64,000 nucleotides of DNA, from contig JAUCBJ010004980.1 of assembly GCA_032718475.1 (NCBI GenBank), positions 1 to 64,000 on the forward strand, written 5' to 3'. The stretch is from Nemertoderma westbladi (lineage: Eukaryota > Animalia > Xenacoelomorpha). Positions 62,513-64,000 of the stretch are shown piece after piece. The position numbers were made by a program, and so were the translations under genes. The notes below the pieces were generated by a model that was not told where the DNA came from, made no database searches, and saw only the letters and a list, made by a program, of their open reading frames with translations. The stretch's first letter is position 1. The number at the start of each line of letters is the position of its first letter.

Positions 62513-64000
62513 ACTACTACTAGGATCGGCATGCTGCATTGCAGCTGCATTTTTAAGAATGCTGTGCCGGCTTGTCAACAAAATTGCACCGCCACGACTC
62601 CCTATCACCCATGACATTTGCTAGATCATCCGCATCTTTAAGGCCAGTGTCCTTTAAGATGCGTCTCAAGAAAGTCATGGGCTGTCCACCATGCTTATTC
62701 ACTCTATGAGGCTGCCAAAGTACAAGATTATGCACTGGCTGGTTCTCACGGCGAAAGCAATGTCCTGCAAAGCGGAGGCGATTTTGTTCTAGTGTCAAGC
62801 TTGGGGGAACCAATGAGACACCTCCAATGTTATAGTGTGTCTGGTTGGAGATGTGTGCATTGTACTTGACACAATGAACCCAGCGTAGCATTCTTGTGAA
62901 TGTGCCATCCAGAGATTTGGTGTCCTCAGCAGTTAGAGCCCAGCGTGGACTCCCGTAGAGGAGTACTGGAACTACTGCTGCTCTAAATAATTGGACCTTA
63001 AGTTTCCGATTAATTCTCGGTGACTTCCAAATCCTGGAAAGCCTATTCAAGGCTGCCCATCCATGCCTTTCCCTTACGTATTCGAAGGTCCTCACCTGAC
63101 TTCCGGATCCATGATCCCAGGTAACAGAAGTCGTCCACATGCTCAAGCATACCATCCTTTGAGCTTATGCTCATCCGATCAGAGACTTGCTGAGGACTTT
63201 CAAAGTTAACTGTCAGAATTTTGGTCTTTCTGGAGTTAATAAAAAGACCAACACTAGAAGCAGCATGTTCTAATGAGCCGAGGAGCCGTTGGGCTCCCTC
63301 TAATGATTCTGAGAGTACTCCTAAGTCATCAGCAAAGTCTAGATCAGTTAGGTACTTGGCAGGATTTCCTCGACTTCTGGAGCCAGTAGGTGGAGTTATC
63401 ATCACCCCATCTTCATTATGATGATCTAAGGACATGCGTAGAACATAGTCAACCACAATAATGAACAAGAATGGTGCAAGTGTGTCTCCTTGGAGAACGC
63501 CCCATAATACTTCAAATGGTTCTGTGTCACCGTCAACAGTAGACACAAATGTTGTCGAACCATCGTATACTGATCTGATTGCTGCAATAATTTCATCAGG
63601 AATCCCATATAATGAAAGTATGCTGAACATACGTGAGCGAGAGACTGAATCAAAGGCCTTGAAGAAGTCAACAAAGATAACAGCCAGATGCCTGTCTTTC
63701 TTTTTTGATAATTCTTCAATTATCCTTCTAAGTGCCAAAATGGGCTCCATGGTCCCACGACCTTTACGGAACCCATTCTGATTTCCATGGAGCAGTCTCT
63801 CAATGGGATCCCTGATGCGATTTAATAGAATCCTATTGTATAGCTTTGCAGCAATCGAGATCAATGAGATTCCCCGAAAAGAACCATAGAGTGTTAGGTT
63901 GCTCTTCTTGGGAACTGGCACCAACTTATTTGTTTTCATTTCTTGTGGGACTCTTGTTGTACGGTACATGTCTACTATGATGGGATATATGAGCTTTAAA
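62511..64000 (-). mobile_element. RTE-clade LINE with RT domain (continues beyond the window)
   Basis: FRGISL, QNGFRKGR, FVDFFKAFDSV, GVLQGDTLAPFLF, DLDFADD, FCYLGS; a 4-nt duplication frameshift at ~63060; (TAG)n tail. Confidence 0.95.

Overview
AT-rich eukaryotic (invertebrate metazoan-looking) DNA, almost entirely nested and decayed transposable elements. The only plausible host gene is a TM1-TM2 fragment of a class A GPCR (18352-18630, -). Retroelements: RTE-clade LINE copies with (TAG)n tails, a Crack/L2-group LINE carrying two nested insertions, a CRE-type RLE fragment, an APE LINE apparently preceded by a Ulp1-type protease, and two related LTRs (one a solo LTR with a 5-bp TSD). DNA transposons: hAT, hATm-like, MULE, PIF/Harbinger and CACTA transposase pseudogenes, piggyBac- and Kolobok-type TTAA elements, satellite-armed foldback elements and a Pif1 helicase relic. 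Two candidate novel systems stand out. (1) Small foldback elements (28300-28572, 47205-47561, relative at 42190-42330) in which a type I hammerhead ribozyme with a palindromic stem III sits between Pol III box A and box B of a tRNA-like head, with 3' tails pointing outward at both ends as in Penelope-type insertions. (2) An LTR element (from 10233) whose interior has no recognisable gag/pol, only a 202-aa sense ORF and a convergent, decayed ~1000-codon antisense ORF of unknown family. All family assignments come from motif recognition by eye; no searches were run.
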